Below, piece by piece: positions 37,452-51,138 of a DNA stretch of 64,000 nt. Origin of the DNA: Lama glama. Taxonomy: Eukaryota. The notes under the pieces are model-generated. The model searched no databases. It was given only the letters and a program-made list of their open reading frames with translations, and had not been told where the DNA came from. Made by a program: the position numbers and the translations under genes. The stretch spans positions 45,572,001 through 45,636,000 of the forward strand of contig CM052818.1 of the NCBI GenBank assembly GCA_028534125.1. Direction: 5' to 3'. Position 1 is the first letter of the stretch, and each line of letters begins with the position of its first letter.

Positions 37452-37757
37452 CACTGTCCAAATTCCAGCAAAAAGAAAGTACAACCCACATATGTAGGCA
37501 CATTTTTAAAAGTAAAGTGGCACAGATGAAATTAATCTTAATGATACATTTTCTTTAATCCAATCTATAGAAAATATTACTTCAACCTGTAATCAATCTA
37601 AAAATTATGAATGACATATTTTGCGTTCTTTTTTTTACACTAAGTCTTTGAAATTCAGTGTGTGTTCTATACTTAACAGTACATCTCAGTTTGGACTGGC
37701 TGCAATTCAAGTGCAGTGTGTGGCTGGTGGTTATCATGTGGATGGTGCAGATATAGA
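37452..37757. mobile_element. MER33/MER3-like hAT element
   Basis: cactgtccaa...gaaattaatcttaatgatacattt...tacactaagtctttgaaattcagtgtg...gtggctggtggt. Confidence 0.7.
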
Positions 37758-38040
37758 CCAGTGGATGCCAAACGTTAATGCACATCAGAATCCCGAAAAG
37801 AGTTTGTAGAAACATAGACTGCCAGGTCCCACCCCACAGAGATTCTGATTCACAAAGGGGTGTTACCTGAGAATTTGCATTTCCCTCTCTTGTTTTGAGT
37901 TTTTTGTCTGTTTAATGGAGGTATTGGGGATTGAACTCAGGCCCATGAGCATGCTAAGCATGTGCTCTACCTCTGAGCAACTTCTTTCCCCCAGAATTTG
38001 CATCTCTAACTGGAGACCACACTTTGAAAACCACTGGCCT
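37758..38040. mobile_element. MER5A MITE interrupted by a minus-strand SINE (~37881-37992)
   Basis: cacatcagaatc...cagagattctgatt...accacactttgaaaaccactg; SINE flanked by TSD agaatttgcat (37870-37880 and 37993-38003). Confidence 0.8.
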
Positions 38041-38104
38041 AGACACTCCTCTGAGGCAACCAGGAAATGTGCTTTCTAATTTACATCTGGGAACTATGTC
38101 ATTA

Positions 38105-39430
38105 CCTCAAAGCTGCAGTAATCAAGACAGCGTGGTACTGGCGTAAGGATAGATACGTAGACTAATGGAATAAAATCGGAAGTCCAGAAATAAACCCTCA
38201 CATTTATGGTTTTGGACAAGGGTGCTGTGAAAATTCAATGGGAGAAAGATGTGTCTTTTTGACAAGTGGTGCTGGAACAACTGGACAGTCACTTATAAAA
38301 GAATGAAGTTGGGCCCCTACCTCACACCATTTACAAAAAGTTAACTCAAAATGGATCAAAGGCCTAAATGTAAGAGCTAAAACTATAAAACTCTCAGAAG
38401 GAACCATAAGCATAAATCTTTTTGACTATGGATCAGGCAATGGTTTCTTAGATATGACATCAAAACACAAGCAACCAAAGAAAAAGTCGACTAGTCAGAC
38501 TGCATCAAAACTAAAAACGTTTGTACTTCAAAGGACACTGTCAAGAACATGAAAAGACAACTCACACATGGAACAAACTATTTGCGAATGAAATATCTGA
38601 TAAGGAACTTCTACTTAGGATACATAAAGAACTCTTAGAACTCAACGATAAAAAGGCAACCCAATTTAAAAATGGAAAAGGTCTTGAGTAGACATTTCTC
38701 CAAAGAAAATATACACATGGCCAATAAGCACACACCAAGAAAAGATGATCAGCAGTATTAGTCATCAGGGGATTACAAATCAAAACCTCAGTAGGATTAC
38801 TCCACACCCACTAGCGTTGCTATAATAAAAAAGATGGACAATAACAGTATTGCTGGGAATGTGGATCTGTCCACTGCAGGGAGGAATATAAAACTACTGT
38901 GATGGCTATGGAGAAGACTTGGCAGTTCTTCAAGGAGTTAAAAATAGAGTTACCATATGACCTGGAAATTCTACTCCCAGGTATATGCCTGAGAGAATTG
39001 ACAATAGGTGTCTCCCTCAAAACTTGTGCAGGAATGTTGACAGTAGCACCGTGCTTAACAGCTACAAAGTAGAAACAACTCCAAAGTCCATCTGCTGAGG
39101 AACAGAGAAACAAAATCTGGTCTGTCCATACAATGGAACATTATTCAGCCCTAAAAAGAGATGAAGTGCTTCTACATGTGACAGCATATTGAACCTTGAA
39201 AACATCTCACCGAGTGAAAGAAGCTGTATGAAATGTACAGAATAAGTGAATCCATAGAGGCTGACAGTAGATTGGTGGTTGACAGAGTCTGGGAATTGAG
39301 GAAAATAGAAGGAGAGAGACTGCTAGTGGGGAGGGCGTTTCTTTTCAGAATTAGATAGAGATGATGGTTGTGCAGCCTTGTGAACAGCCACTGATTGTAC
39401 ACTTGAAAAATAAATCGATGAAACTTTAAA
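38105..39430 (+). mobile_element. L1MB-like LINE: ORF2 C-terminal region plus 3'UTR, degenerate
   Basis: aaagctgcagtaatcaagacagcgtggtactggc...ctacctcacaccatttacaaaaagttaactcaaaatggatcaaagg... Confidence 0.9.
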
Positions 39431-39629
39431 AACCGGAGAGGAAGCTATCTGCCCCCAAGTCGTATAGGTAATAACACCAGATTGGGAGCTGGGCCCTGGA
39501 TTAGACTCCTATGAAAGATTTTTTTCTCCCCAGCCTCTCCTGATTTGTGGGACTACACTTTTTTTTTTTTTTAGTATTGCAAGAACAAGACATTAAAAGA
39601 AACTTGAGAGGGCAAAATCCTTTTATAGC

Positions 39630-40220
39630 GCGAAAAAGGAGTTTCACAGAAGAAAGAATCCAGGTGGCCAATGAACATGAAAGATGTTCACCTCATCGGC
39701 AGATGAGACAAAATAAAACAACCACAAGGGAGTTTTTCCTCCTCACCAGCACAAGTAGTGAAGAGGATGTGGGTAAATAAGGGGGACCCACATATACAGA
39801 GGGAAGGGGGGAGTAAATTGAAATAATCACTTTGGAGGACAATTTGGCGATATCTAATACAGATGAGGAAGTGAATATCCTTTAGCCCAACAATTGCACC
39901 CTCACCCCAGTTATTACCCCAAGAAAACCTCTGTGCAGAAGCCAAAAAGCCACGTGCAAGACATCACTGCAGCATAAGCGTGAAAATTGAAAGCAGCCTC
40001 AATGTACAGCATTCAAGAAAGGTGTAAATAAATCAAGTTCTATTCATACAATGGACTCCTATAAACAGCAGTTAAAATAAGTAACTAACCTACTGGATAG
40101 CACAGGGAACCATATTCAATTTCTTGTAATAACGTATAATGGAAAAGAATCTAAAAAAGAATGTATATTTGCTGTACACCTGAAACTAACACCATAAATC
40201 AAATACTCTTCAATAAAAAC
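39630..40220 (+). mobile_element. Old L1 fragment followed by a younger L1 3' tail (~40090-40220)
   Basis: ggccaatgaacatgaaagatgttca...; tagcacagggaaccatattcaa...gctgtacacctgaaactaacac. Confidence 0.7.
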
Positions 40221-40259
40221 TTTTTTTAAAAAATCAAGTTAACTGTATATATCTAGATA

Positions 40260-40930
40260 TATTCCAATCCAAGAGCATAGGATATGTTTCCGTTTCTTTA
40301 AGTCAGCTTTAATTTCCTTAGTCAGCCTTTTGTAGTTCTCTGTGTATAAGTCTTTCACCTCCTTGGTCAGATTTATTTCTAACTATTTTATTGTTTTGGA
40401 TGTGATTTTTAAAGAGATTGTTTCTTTACTCTCTTTTTCTGATATTTCATTGTTAGTGTAAAGAAATGCAACTGATTTCTGTATATTAATCGTGTATCCT
40501 GCTACCTTGCTGAATTATTTTAGCAACTCTAGTTTTGTGTGGAGTTTTTAGGGTTTTCTATGTATAGTATCATGTCATCTGCATATAGTGACAATTTTAC
40601 CTTTTCTCTTCCAATTTGGATCCTTTTTATTTCTTTTTCTTGCCTGATTGTTGTGGCTAGTACTTCCAAAACTATATTGAATAGAAGTGGTGAGAGTGGG
40701 CATCTTCCTCTTGTTCCAGACTTCAGTGGGAAGGATTTCAGTTTTTCACTTTTGAGTATTATGCTGTCTGTGGCTTTGTCATAAATAGCTTTTACTATGT
40801 TGAGATATGTTCCCTCTATACCCATTTTGATAAGCGGTTTTTACCCTAAATGGGTGTTGAATTATATCAAGTGCTTTTTCTGCATCTGTTGAGATGATCA
40901 TGTGATTTTGTCCTTTCTTTTGTTGATGTT
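40260..40930 (-). mobile_element. L1 ORF2 reverse-transcriptase fragment
   Basis: ORF 40529-40825: [21 protein letters not shown]...[17 protein letters not shown] (L1 RT motifs; YADD for the usual FADD). Confidence 0.95.
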
Positions 40931-42084
40931 AGATAGACCTGAATTAACATGGCTAGATCTCCAAAATAGCAATGAATTTTTTAAAAAAGCAAGGAATGGA
41001 AACTGTATGGTATGACACTGTTGAGGTTTATTTAAAACATACAATACAATGTACATTTGCATAAATATGTACAAATATAGCAAAAGTATCAAAATGGGCT
41101 GAAAGAGAACAGCCACTAATTCGTGTTAAGGATTGCTCTGGGACAGGGCAGGTGGGGAAAAGACTGGAGTGATGGAAGGGGGCTTCACCTAGACCTGACA
41201 TGCATTATTTCTAGAACTGTGAAGTCACTATGCCCTGATAGCCACCGTGCTGTGGATGCATATGTATCTGATGTTCTCTGTACTTACTTGTATTTTAAAA
41301 TGGTTCTCATTAAAAAGTAACCCGAAGAGTATCCCTTGACCCTCGTTTTAATCTATCGTTGTCTCCATTCTGATTTATGGTAATGCCCAGCTAATCTAAA
41401 AGTCAAAGTGCCAGGAACCTCAGCCTTTTGGAATGCAGCCCTCAAGCCAAATCTCTTGGCACAGAGGAGGCAGTTGTTAGAAAGCCCAGGTACTGGATTC
41501 TGTAGAAGCTGCAGCCTTAGTTGGTAAAATGAGGCAGAATATTAGAAATAGTGGACCGTTATCACAGCAGAGGAATGTGAGTGGCTCAGAAGGATGTGAA
41601 ATTTTGTGTCTTTCAAGCAGGGTCAGTGAAGTCACCATAAAGCTCAAAATTAAGGAAGGGCCAGGAAAAGGGAGGCGCTGCCCAAGCCAAGGTGTGCCAA
41701 GACAGCCCCTGGAAAGGGCAGCTTGAGAGACAGGGGAGAAGACGTCCGACACCTCTCAGCCTCTCAGGTGTGAAGGATGGGCGGGGAGGGGGATGCTGTC
41801 CAGAAAGAATCCAGGAGAAGCACACAGAAGGTTCAGCAGAAACTGAGCAGCTTTGGAGGGGCGTGGCTTCTTTGACAATCATGGCCCCGCCCCCAAGAGC
41901 AGGCCTCTGCTGTTCTGAGAGCTTCAGGGCCCACAGAGCCAGGCATCTGCCCCATGAGGAACACAAGGTCTTGCCGGGCAGATACAAACTATTCCCATAC
42001 CGCTGAGTAGCCCTGAGGACACCACCCAGAGCTCATGGAGTCATGGCTTCTCTGATGAGCCTCCCAGGTTCGCCATCAGACCCA

Positions 42085-42425
42085 AGACATGCACACTTCA
42101 GCTGCTGGGAGTATTGGCTACTAATGGCCTGATCCCTCCCTGGGAATTGCCCTTGAGCGAAAAGAGTTGCCTGGTCTAAGGTTCATTGCTCCCCAGGGAC
42201 AGCCCACATTCAGTAACTGCTAAGTTGGCGACCCAACCCAGGACATCTTGGAAGGTCTACCCAGCCTCAAAGCTCCCTGTGAGGATGGCTGAGGCTCTGT
42301 TGTAGCTGCCTCATTCTGTGTCTCTTACTTACTGCAGAGGTGTGTCCCCAAGGACACTCCCTAATAAAGCTCCTGCCTGGAAATCTCATCTCCAAATCTG
42401 TTGCCTGGGGAACAATCAAAGACAC
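42085..42425 (+). mobile_element. LTR16-like ERVL LTR
   Basis: gggaattgcccttgagcgaaaagagttgcc...cactccctaataaagctcctgc...aatctcatctccaaatctg. Confidence 0.6.
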
Positions 42426-42509
42426 AGGACATCTAACAACAGTCTCAAGTTATCAAAAACATATTACAGTGTGTTTAGGAGCCTCTATTTGAGTATGTGT
42501 AATATGTCT

Positions 42510-43230
42510 ATATTTAGTTCTGCATTAGAAACAGCTACAAATAATAAAGACCCCCAACATATTGGCTTCAGCAAAATAGATGTTTAGTTTTTTCTCATAT
42601 AAAAGTAGCCCAGGGCAAAACTAATCTATAGGATGGAAAGTAAATAGGGCAAGTATATGGTGGGGAGGGGGAGTGCGGAGATTGACTACAAAAAGGTACA
42701 AGGAAACTTTGGCTGGTGACAGGAATGTTTTGTATCTTTATTGGGATGGTGGTTGCGTGGATATATACATTTGCCAAACCTCATTGAACTATACACTGAA
42801 AATGGGTGCTTTTAATATAAATTATAACTCAAAGTTGATTTTAAAACTTTTTTTTTTAAGTAGCCCAGAGAGAGGAAGTCTGGGATTAAACTTGTCCCAG
42901 GCGACAGAGATTCAGTCTTCTTTTCATATATTTCTCCTTCTTGTATCATCTTTAGTCTCAAAATTGCCTCATGGCCCAGAAAGGCTGCAAAAGCTCCAGC
43001 ACTTATATACTTTTTCTAGGCAAAAGGATGAAAAAAGGAAAAGAGCCATCTCCCTCCTTTCTAAAGAGAAAGTATGTGCCGCACAACACTTCTGCTCACA
43101 TCTGATTAGCCAGAACTTATTTATATAGCTACACCTTCCAATAAGGAAGCTGAAAAATGTGTAGTCCTTAAATGAGATCTTTGCAGTTCCAAATAAATTT
43201 GGGATCCTGCTAAGGAACAGGAGGAGAATA
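42510..43230. mobile_element. Old MLT1-like LTR interrupted by an L1 3' tail (42614-42857)
   Basis: L1 piece flanked by TSD aagtagcccag (42603-42613 and 42858-42868). Confidence 0.6.
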
Positions 43231-43588
43231 ACTTTTGGGGCAAATCTCACAATATCTTAGAAATATTTCCATGAAAAAGTAATTGAAATAAACTACACTT
43301 TGTGTACTTTAAAGGGACAGCCTCAAGCTGGAACACTGACTAAGGTGGTCCTAGGGCTCTCCCAGTGAAGGTGCTGGATCAGAACGTTAGCACATATCCA
43401 TATCTACACTATTGAGACAGGTGCAGGATCTGTTAAGGTCTAACATCCAATGTAAAAATCATTTTATTTTCTTCGTAGACTCATGATTTCCTAGGCAGTG
43501 ATTGGAGTGAATTTGGGGGCCAGGAGGGGGTTGTCTGCTAACGAGTTTCTTTTTGGGGTGATAAAGACATTCTAAAATTGGTCGTGGT

Positions 43589-43920
43589 CATAGAAAACAA
43601 ACTCATGGGTACTGGGAGGGGAAAGGCGGGGAGGTGGGGGAAGAGATGAAATGGAAGTTCAAGATTGGCCTTTGAGCGAAAAGAGTTGCCTAGTCTAAGG
43701 TTTATTGATATATATATATCTACTATATTTAAAATAGATAAACATCAAGTTTACACTGTAGAGCACAGGCAACCATATTCAATGTTTTGTAGTAACCTAT
43801 AATGAAAAAGAATGTGAAAAGGAAAATGTATATATATGACTGAAACAAATAGTCTGTACACCACAAATTGACACAACGTTGTAAACTGAATAAACTTCAA
43901 TAAAAAGATGAAAATAAAAT
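43589..43920 (+). mobile_element. Young 5'-truncated L1 3'UTR inserted in an older L1M tail (~43520-44030)
   Basis: catagaaaacaaactcatgg...aaatagataaac...A-rich tail; 15-bp TSD aaaattggtc(g/c)tggt at 43574-43588 and 43921-43935. Confidence 0.85.
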
Positions 43921-46744
43921 AAAATTGGTCCTGGTGATAGTTGCGTAACTCTGTGAGTAAACATAAGACCATAATTGTGCACTTGAAATGGGTGAATTGC
44001 ACAGTATGTGAACAGTATCTCGTAGAGCTGTAACTACATACATATACACACAAAAAAGATTTCATTTTCCTGTATCCTCTTGGCGATTCCACTGAACAGC
44101 ACTCCTGCTTCCTGCTTCCAGGCTTTTGAATTGCCTGGGACACTCCATGCTCTCCTCCAGCGGGAAGCCCTTTAGCCTTAAGAGCCCCTTGGACTCCCCA
44201 AGCCACACTTGAGACTTAGGCTGAAAGAAAAGTGTGCGTTCCTCTGTCCACTTACCGAAATACCTCCCATACCTGAACCAAGAGGAAAGGTGAGCAGAAA
44301 CTCTACAATCAAAAGCCATGACTTCATGGCAGCCCTAAGTCACTTACTCTGTTCACAGGTCATGGTCACCCCTCTGTGCCCATCAAACCCATTCAGGGCA
44401 ATCAAGCCATGTGACCGAGAACTTGGGCAGATTGGAAACCCTTGTTCCATCGCACAATGAGACAGTGTCATACCACAAAGAGCCAGTCTCCATTTAAGTT
44501 TTTGATGTGTCGTTCATAGTGGATTTTTTTACATTAATTTTGAGTTTTCAAAACACTGCATTAAATAAAATTTGTCTTGATGATGGCGTTTTGCTTCCTT
44601 TAGTGGAGGCAGTGGGTGCCTCACCCTCCTCGCCCTGACCTCAGGCTGCTGAAGTTGCCCTCTGAGCTACTCCGTGCTCCTCCAGTGTCTGCTCCCACCG
44701 TTAAAAACTGACTATGTGCCTGTCTTCACCACGAAATGTGCTCTCCCTGACAGCAGGGACTTGTTTTCAGGCAGAAGCAGAGGCAGGCTGTCACAAACAC
44801 TGGCTGGGTTAATGATCTGGGGGTCCATGACTACTCGCTGTGTCTTCCTTCTACACTAGAAGAACCGAGCCCCAAGACCCAGTCCCCCTGACTGAGCCCT
44901 TCCCCTTCCTGGCGAGTAAGACAGAGAAGAAATGTCAGTGCATTTTATCTCCCAGGGAAAGATGTTTGGGATCTGAGAGTCTTGGCAGGCCTGGGTTTAT
45001 CCTCAGGGCTCACCTGGGCTGAACAGGCAGCATCCTGTCCTGACTTGGGGTGAAGATGCTCCCTTCTATGCCTACCATCATCCCTGAGTTCAGATCCACT
45101 GTCTACAGAACCCCCAAGCTATCCTGAACCTCTCAGGCACTGTGGTCTAGAGGCTTCGAGGAGGCTCCAGGGGGTCAGGGTCTGAAATATCCCGGCTATG
45201 CGTCAGTTGCAGGTAGAGGGAGGCAAGGTCACACCTGGACCACACTGTGAGCTTCTGGCAGCTCCAGAACCTTGGTTTGGGGACCTCAACCCACCCTCTT
45301 TTGGTCCCACCCACACTGGGCTGCCCCTCCCTCCTTTGCTTTGCCTGGAAGCCACTGGGGCAGAAGCTCCCCCCATCACTGTCTTCAGGTCGGGGGTGGA
45401 CAGGACACCAGTAAGAAAGGGAGTCTCAAAGCGCTTTGCAGGTAGTAAAGCACTTGGCTTCGTGGTTTCTCTTATCAGGGTAGAGACTGCAAGTGTGTGG
45501 GTGGGCTGGAGGGGCGTGGGCTTAGGTAGATGCTGTTCCCACCTTGACGGTCTTCCTGGGAGGCCCTGGCTGTCCTGGTTTGCCAGAGAAGGCATCAGTT
45601 CAGAGGGAGCAGGACAAGGTGCCCACTAGCCCTCTGCAGCCCCAGGCCTGGCTGCCCACGCTGAGGGCAGAGGCAAGTGAGGGCCAGGCCCTGCCTGCGG
45701 GGAGTCAGTTGAGGCCAGCGCCCTCTCTCTCCCCCAAAAGACCTGCTGTCTGGAAGGGTCCCCCCATCAGAGCTGTACGTTTGGGTAGGAATGTCTAGGG
45801 TAGGAACCTTCCCACAGGATTTACACCCAAGACCTCCATCTTCTGACATGAAGACATAAGGCACTGAGGCCTTTCAGGCGTCCTCACCACCAGCTGCTCC
45901 TAAGGCAGGACCCTTCTACCAGCCCGGCCAGCCTTCCCTGCCCAAGAGCCCGCCGAGAACCTGATCACAGTGGAGTCTGCTGAGAAATCAGGGCCCGCCG
46001 CAAGCTGGCAGCTTCTGACAGCAGAAGTGCGCCTCCCCTCGCCCTGGCCTCCCCTGCCGGCCAGGCTGCACCCGCCACCCTGCAATTCCTTCTGTCTCCC
46101 ACCGGCCTGCCTGCCCCACACGTGCCCCTGCTGGGAGGGCCCTTGTCACCTGTCTCCGCTTATCAAGCACCTTCACCCCTCAGAACTCACCTCAAATTTC
46201 AAACGTCACCTCCCTAAGCACCCTCTGGCTGCCAGCACCGGCTCCCCCAGATCCTTGGTCCTGCCCCACCAGGGCCTGTATTCCTTCCACACAGCACAAT
46301 GACCGGGCTCCAAGAGGATGGGTTTGTTGCCTGCCGGCACCTCCCCATCTGACAGCACACTGAGGGGGGCTCCACCTCGCCCTGGGCAGCCCCAGCCCAG
46401 TCAACACACTGTGGATGAGGGACGGTCGGGGCCTCGCCAGGCCCTGCAGGGCCAGTGGATTGCCTCTTCTGCAGCTGGACAGGACATGTGGGGCCGCTGG
46501 GAGCCCCAGGGAGCAAAGGGCTGAGTGGTCACCACAGCCTGGGCAACCACCTTCCTCCTGCCCACACCAGCCAGGGGCCAGAGTGACTCAGCACTGGAAG
46601 CAGGCTTCCTGCTGAGAGCCACCACTTCCCCGAGCAGCCAGCCAGCAGGAGCTTGGCGCCTGCTAGGGCCTGGGGCCTGCCTTTCTGAGATGCCATTCCC
46701 TTCGGACCAGGGGTCAGACTTTCGGACTTGGGCTTCCAATAATC

Positions 46745-46872
46745 CATTCACAGCTGTGTGGCCTTGGGCATGTCGCACAACCTCTCTGAGCCTGGGTTTC
46801 CTCATCTCTGAGAAGCAGGAATAGGAACTCAGCCTATTCCTCCCAAAGCTGGTTCAAGAATTAAATAAAGTG
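46745..46872 (+). mobile_element. MIR SINE fragment
   Basis: agctgtgtggccttgggca...aacctctctgagcctgggtttcctcatct. Confidence 0.75.
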
Positions 46873-49112
46873 ATCCCCACCTCCCCAAACGTCCTGTCTG
46901 CTGTCTGCAGGTGCTGCCCTCCCTTCCCTCTCAGAATTGTTCCTGTTGTCACCTCTCGAGGCAGCCCCTCCTGCTCCAGACACCTCCCCGTGGCTCAAGG
47001 TCCCCACAGGAGGAGGTCGGGCCTGAAGCACTTTGCACCCCTCTCTGTGACAGCACTTAAGACATGCAAGGTGGCTCTCTGTGCCCTCTCTTCTTTCTGC
47101 TCTGTGAGGGTCCCCTTAAATGGCCCAGGGAGGCGCTCTGCAAGTTTTCCTTCTCACAAGAGAAGCACCATGGCGACCGCAAAGGAAAAGCAATGGACCG
47201 CTGGGTCCCACCTGAGCTTCAGACACCAACACATCCCTGCTGTGCTGCGGGCCCTGAGGCAGCTTTCACTCCTCTGGGTGCCCGCTCATGTGGGTGTGTC
47301 GTGGGGGAGTGAGTGAGTCTGTTGGTGGGAAGTGCTCTGTGTAACGGAAGCTTCTGGATGTTAGCGCAGCTGGGATGGGGCAAGGCATGAAGATCACACG
47401 CTATCTGCTTCCCCACAGATGTCTGGGGGACGTGCTGGCATGGGGCTGGTGGCAGTATTTTCCAAACCCCAGATCAGGACACTCACACTGAGGGTGAGAA
47501 GGATGCTGGACCTGGAGACCTGGGTCCCAGCACCGCCCTGGGTGTGTCTGCCAGGCGGAGGTTCTGGGGTAGGTGGTGGGCTGGGGAGGCATCATCCACT
47601 GGGTGCCAGGTCCCTCCAGAGCTGCACTTGTTTTGGGCTGGCTGAGTAGCGTCCCTTAGCGCCTGCCAGAGGACACGGTGTGGCTTTGTACCCAATCTGG
47701 CATCTGTGGCCTCCGATGAGACCTCGGGTCCCTGTACCCTGACGGCAGAGGGCCTGGGGCACTGGGGGGTGTCTCCTTTACAGCCCCACGTATCGGAGCT
47801 CCAGAAATGTGGGAGCCCCGGGTCTTCTTGAAGGGGATGCCTAAGTGGCGTCTTATATCTCCAAGCTCTCCCTTCTCCCTGAGGGCTGAAGCACCCCCCG
47901 CGCCCCCACTCTGCTTCCACACCTCAAAGCCCCATGGATCTTGCCTGGGGAGCCTTCCCCCCTTCCCTGCACAGCTAGCCACTGCCGTGTCCCAGAGTCA
48001 CTGGGGCTCCGAGCACCCTTCTAGCCAGGGCTATTCCTGCTCAAAGACTAGCATCTTTGCTCTCATTCTGCCCAAGGAGCGCTGAGGGCAGGAACTCTCA
48101 AATTCCCCTCTTCATCCCAGACTTACGGTTGGGGCCCAGACAATGTCTGCATGAGGTGAGCCAGGAAATAAATGGACAACATGGTTTGATCTGGAAACTA
48201 AGGTTTTTTTCCTCTTCATTTTCTCTGTTGCAGGAAAAGATTCTAACACATTCCAGCGCTGAACGCACCTCCCAGGAGAAAATGCAAATATTTTCCTTTA
48301 CATCTAGGAAGCATCTGGAAGTTAAGCTAGCCTGGCCTTTGCAGAAAGGATCTAACATGAAGGACAAAGAGATACTGCTTTGGGGGCGGAAGTATAGGGA
48401 AGGTGAGAGTGAAAGAAGAGAGAGGCCTCTCCGCCAGAGAGGTCCCATTTTGGAGGGGTGAGTGAGGGTGAGGGGCTGCTTGGAAGGGGATGTGAGTGGC
48501 CTTGAGAAGAACCACTCGGGGGGACCAAATTGGGGTGATCCTGCAGCCAGCCATGGAGTCGACCCTCACTGAACAAGCCCCGCTCCAAAGGCTGGAAGCC
48601 TCCCCATGATGCTCAGGACACCAGCAGCCATAGATGGGGCCTACGGGGCCAGCAGGGGTGGGTGGGTGATAGCTGGTGGAGCTTGGTAGCACCCTGGAAT
48701 CCCTGCATGGATGGGGAAAGGGCAGCGTAGAGGAAAGGGGTGGACATGCTAGCCCTTGGAGGGCAGCCCAAGGCCCTGTTGGCTTCAAGGCCACAGTCAT
48801 GACACCCCCATCTTTCCCTACCTCTCCCAGCTCCTCTGCCAAACCCATCTGAGCCTCCCCCACTGGGTGTGCTGGTTGAGACCCCACAGAGAAAGGAGGC
48901 CATGAGCCCTCAATGCACACAGATAGCTCCCTCCTCCCCTGCCACTCCAACCCTGCGGGAGGCTGCTGGTCGACACTCACCTCCTTGGGACGCTTACGCT
49001 GCGGGCTTTGGGGCCAGGCATCTAGACAGGGGCTATGCAGGAGGCAGAGGTGAATTCGAATTGCTGCTCCTGGTTTTGGGGCATAAACCCGACATGTTAG
49101 CCTGCTCCTAGC

Positions 49113-49998
49113 TGTGTCTAGGAAAACTCCTCCTGGGTTCTGCCTACTCACAGAAAACTCTGAGCCCCAGGTACGCTGGTTTGGCCACATTGCGCAATTC
49201 TATGAGCCCAGCTGGGTGCCCTACAATTCAGTTCCAACCCCATCTACCTGGAGAGAGTGGCAGATCCCACAGGGTAAGGGCTCCGTCCCACAAGACTACC
49301 CCCCACCCCCTTCAGATGCCAACCCCAAGTCCAGGTTGTCACCTGTGCTTCTGACCAACCAGCTAGAGATTGGAGGGTCCCGTGACCTCTCCTCGGGTTT
49401 GACTAATTTGCTTAAGCAGCTCACAGAACTCAGGAAAACAGTTTAGTTAGTTACTAAATTATCAGCTCATTTTACAAGGACAGAACTCAGGAAGAGACAG
49501 ATGTACCAGATGCCTAGGGCAAGGTGTGTGGGAGGCGGGGAGGGGCATCCACACCCTGGCTAGGTGCGCCACCCGCCCAGCACCTCCCCTCCGAAGCTCT
49601 CCAAACCCTGCACTTTGGGGATTGTTACAGATCTCCATTACACAGGCACAACTGATTAAATCATTGCCCGTTGGTGACTGAGCTCAGTCTCCACCCCAAC
49701 TCCCCTCAGGTCAGGAGGTGGGACAGAAATTTCCAACCCTCCAATCACTCAGTTGTTTTCCAGGTCAACTAGCCCCTTCCCTGGGGGTTTTCCAAAAAGT
49801 CGCCTCATTAGCATAAACTCTAGTGGCTGAAAGTGGCTTGTTATGAATAACAAAAGACACCTTTATCTCTCTTACCAGTTAGGAAATTCCAAGGGTTTTA
49901 AGAGTTCTGTGGCAGGAAGTGGGGGTGGGGTGGGGTAGGGTGGGGTGGGAGGAGGAAGATCAAATATATATTTCTTATTTCAAAATCACAAAATCACA
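49113..49998 (-). mobile_element. MER21-like ERV solo LTR
   Basis: TG...CA termini; cagatcccacagggtaagggctc...gctcacagaactcaggaaaaca...ggaaattccaagggttttaagag. Confidence 0.75.
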
Positions 49999-50019
49999 AG
50001 TTGTTGTAATAAAATACTA

Positions 50020-50616
50020 CACATAGCAAAGGAAACTATAAACAAAATGAAAAGACAGCCTATGGACTGGGAGAAAATATTTGCAGATGATGCAACTGAC
50101 AAGGTCTTAATTTCCAGAATATACAAACAGCTCATACAACTCAATAACAAAGAAACAAACAACCCAATGAAAAAATGGGCAGAAGACCTGAACAAACATT
50201 TCTCCAATGAAGACATACAGATGGCCAATAGGCACATGAAAAAAATGCTCGATATTGCTAATTATTAGAGAAATGCAAATTAAAATTACAATGAGGTATC
50301 ACCTCACACCAGTCAGAATGGCCATCATTAAAAAATCCACGAACAATAAATGCTGGAGAGGGTGGAGAAAAGGGAACCTTGCTACACTGTTGATGGGAAT
50401 GTAGTTTGGTGCAGCCATTACAGAAAGCAGTATGTATATCCTTAAAAAACTAAAGACAGACATGCTATATGATCCAGCAATCCCACTCCTGGGCATATAT
50501 CCAGAGGAAACTCTAATTTGAAAAGATACATGCACCCCAATGTTCATAGCAGCACTATTTACAATAGCCAACACATGGAAGCAACCTAAACATCCATTGA
50601 CAGATGACTGGATAAA

Positions 50617-50661
<45 letters not shown>

Positions 50662-51138
50662 CACACACAATGGAATAATACTCAGCAATAAAAAGATAAA
50701 ATAATGCCATTTGCAGCAACATGGATGGACCTGGAGATTGTCATATTATGTGACATAAGCCAGAAAGAGAAAGAAAAATACCATATGATCACTTATATGT
50801 GGAACTAAAAAAATGACACAAATGAACTTATTTACAAAACAGAAACAGACTCACAGTCATAGAAAACAAAATTATGGTTACAGGGGGAAAGGGGGAAGGT
50901 GGAGGCATAAATTGAGAGTTTGGGATTTGTGGATACACACTATTATATACAAAGTAGATAAACAGCAAAGTCATACTGTTTAGCACGGGAAACTATATTC
51001 AATACCTTGGAATAGCCTGTAATGAAAAAGATTCTGAGAAGGAATATATATATGTATGTATACCTGAATCACTACGCTGCACACCAAAAATTAACACATT
51101 GTAAACCGACTATACTTCAATTAAAAAAAAAAAAAAAA
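50020..51138 (+). mobile_element. Relatively young 5'-truncated L1 (ORF2 C-terminus, 3'UTR, poly-A) with an internal (GT)n(AT)n tract
   Basis: [23 protein letters not shown]...[12 protein letters not shown]; poly-A at 51123-51138; sits inside an MLT1 end. Confidence 0.92.

Noticed and set aside
40529..40825. Reverse transcriptase ORF as a novel retron/DGR-like system
   Set aside because: Ordinary LINE-1 ORF2 fragment, truncated on both sides
48327..49190. 287-aa minus-strand ORF
   Set aside because: Starts inside an LTR; no domain similarity or exon structure seen
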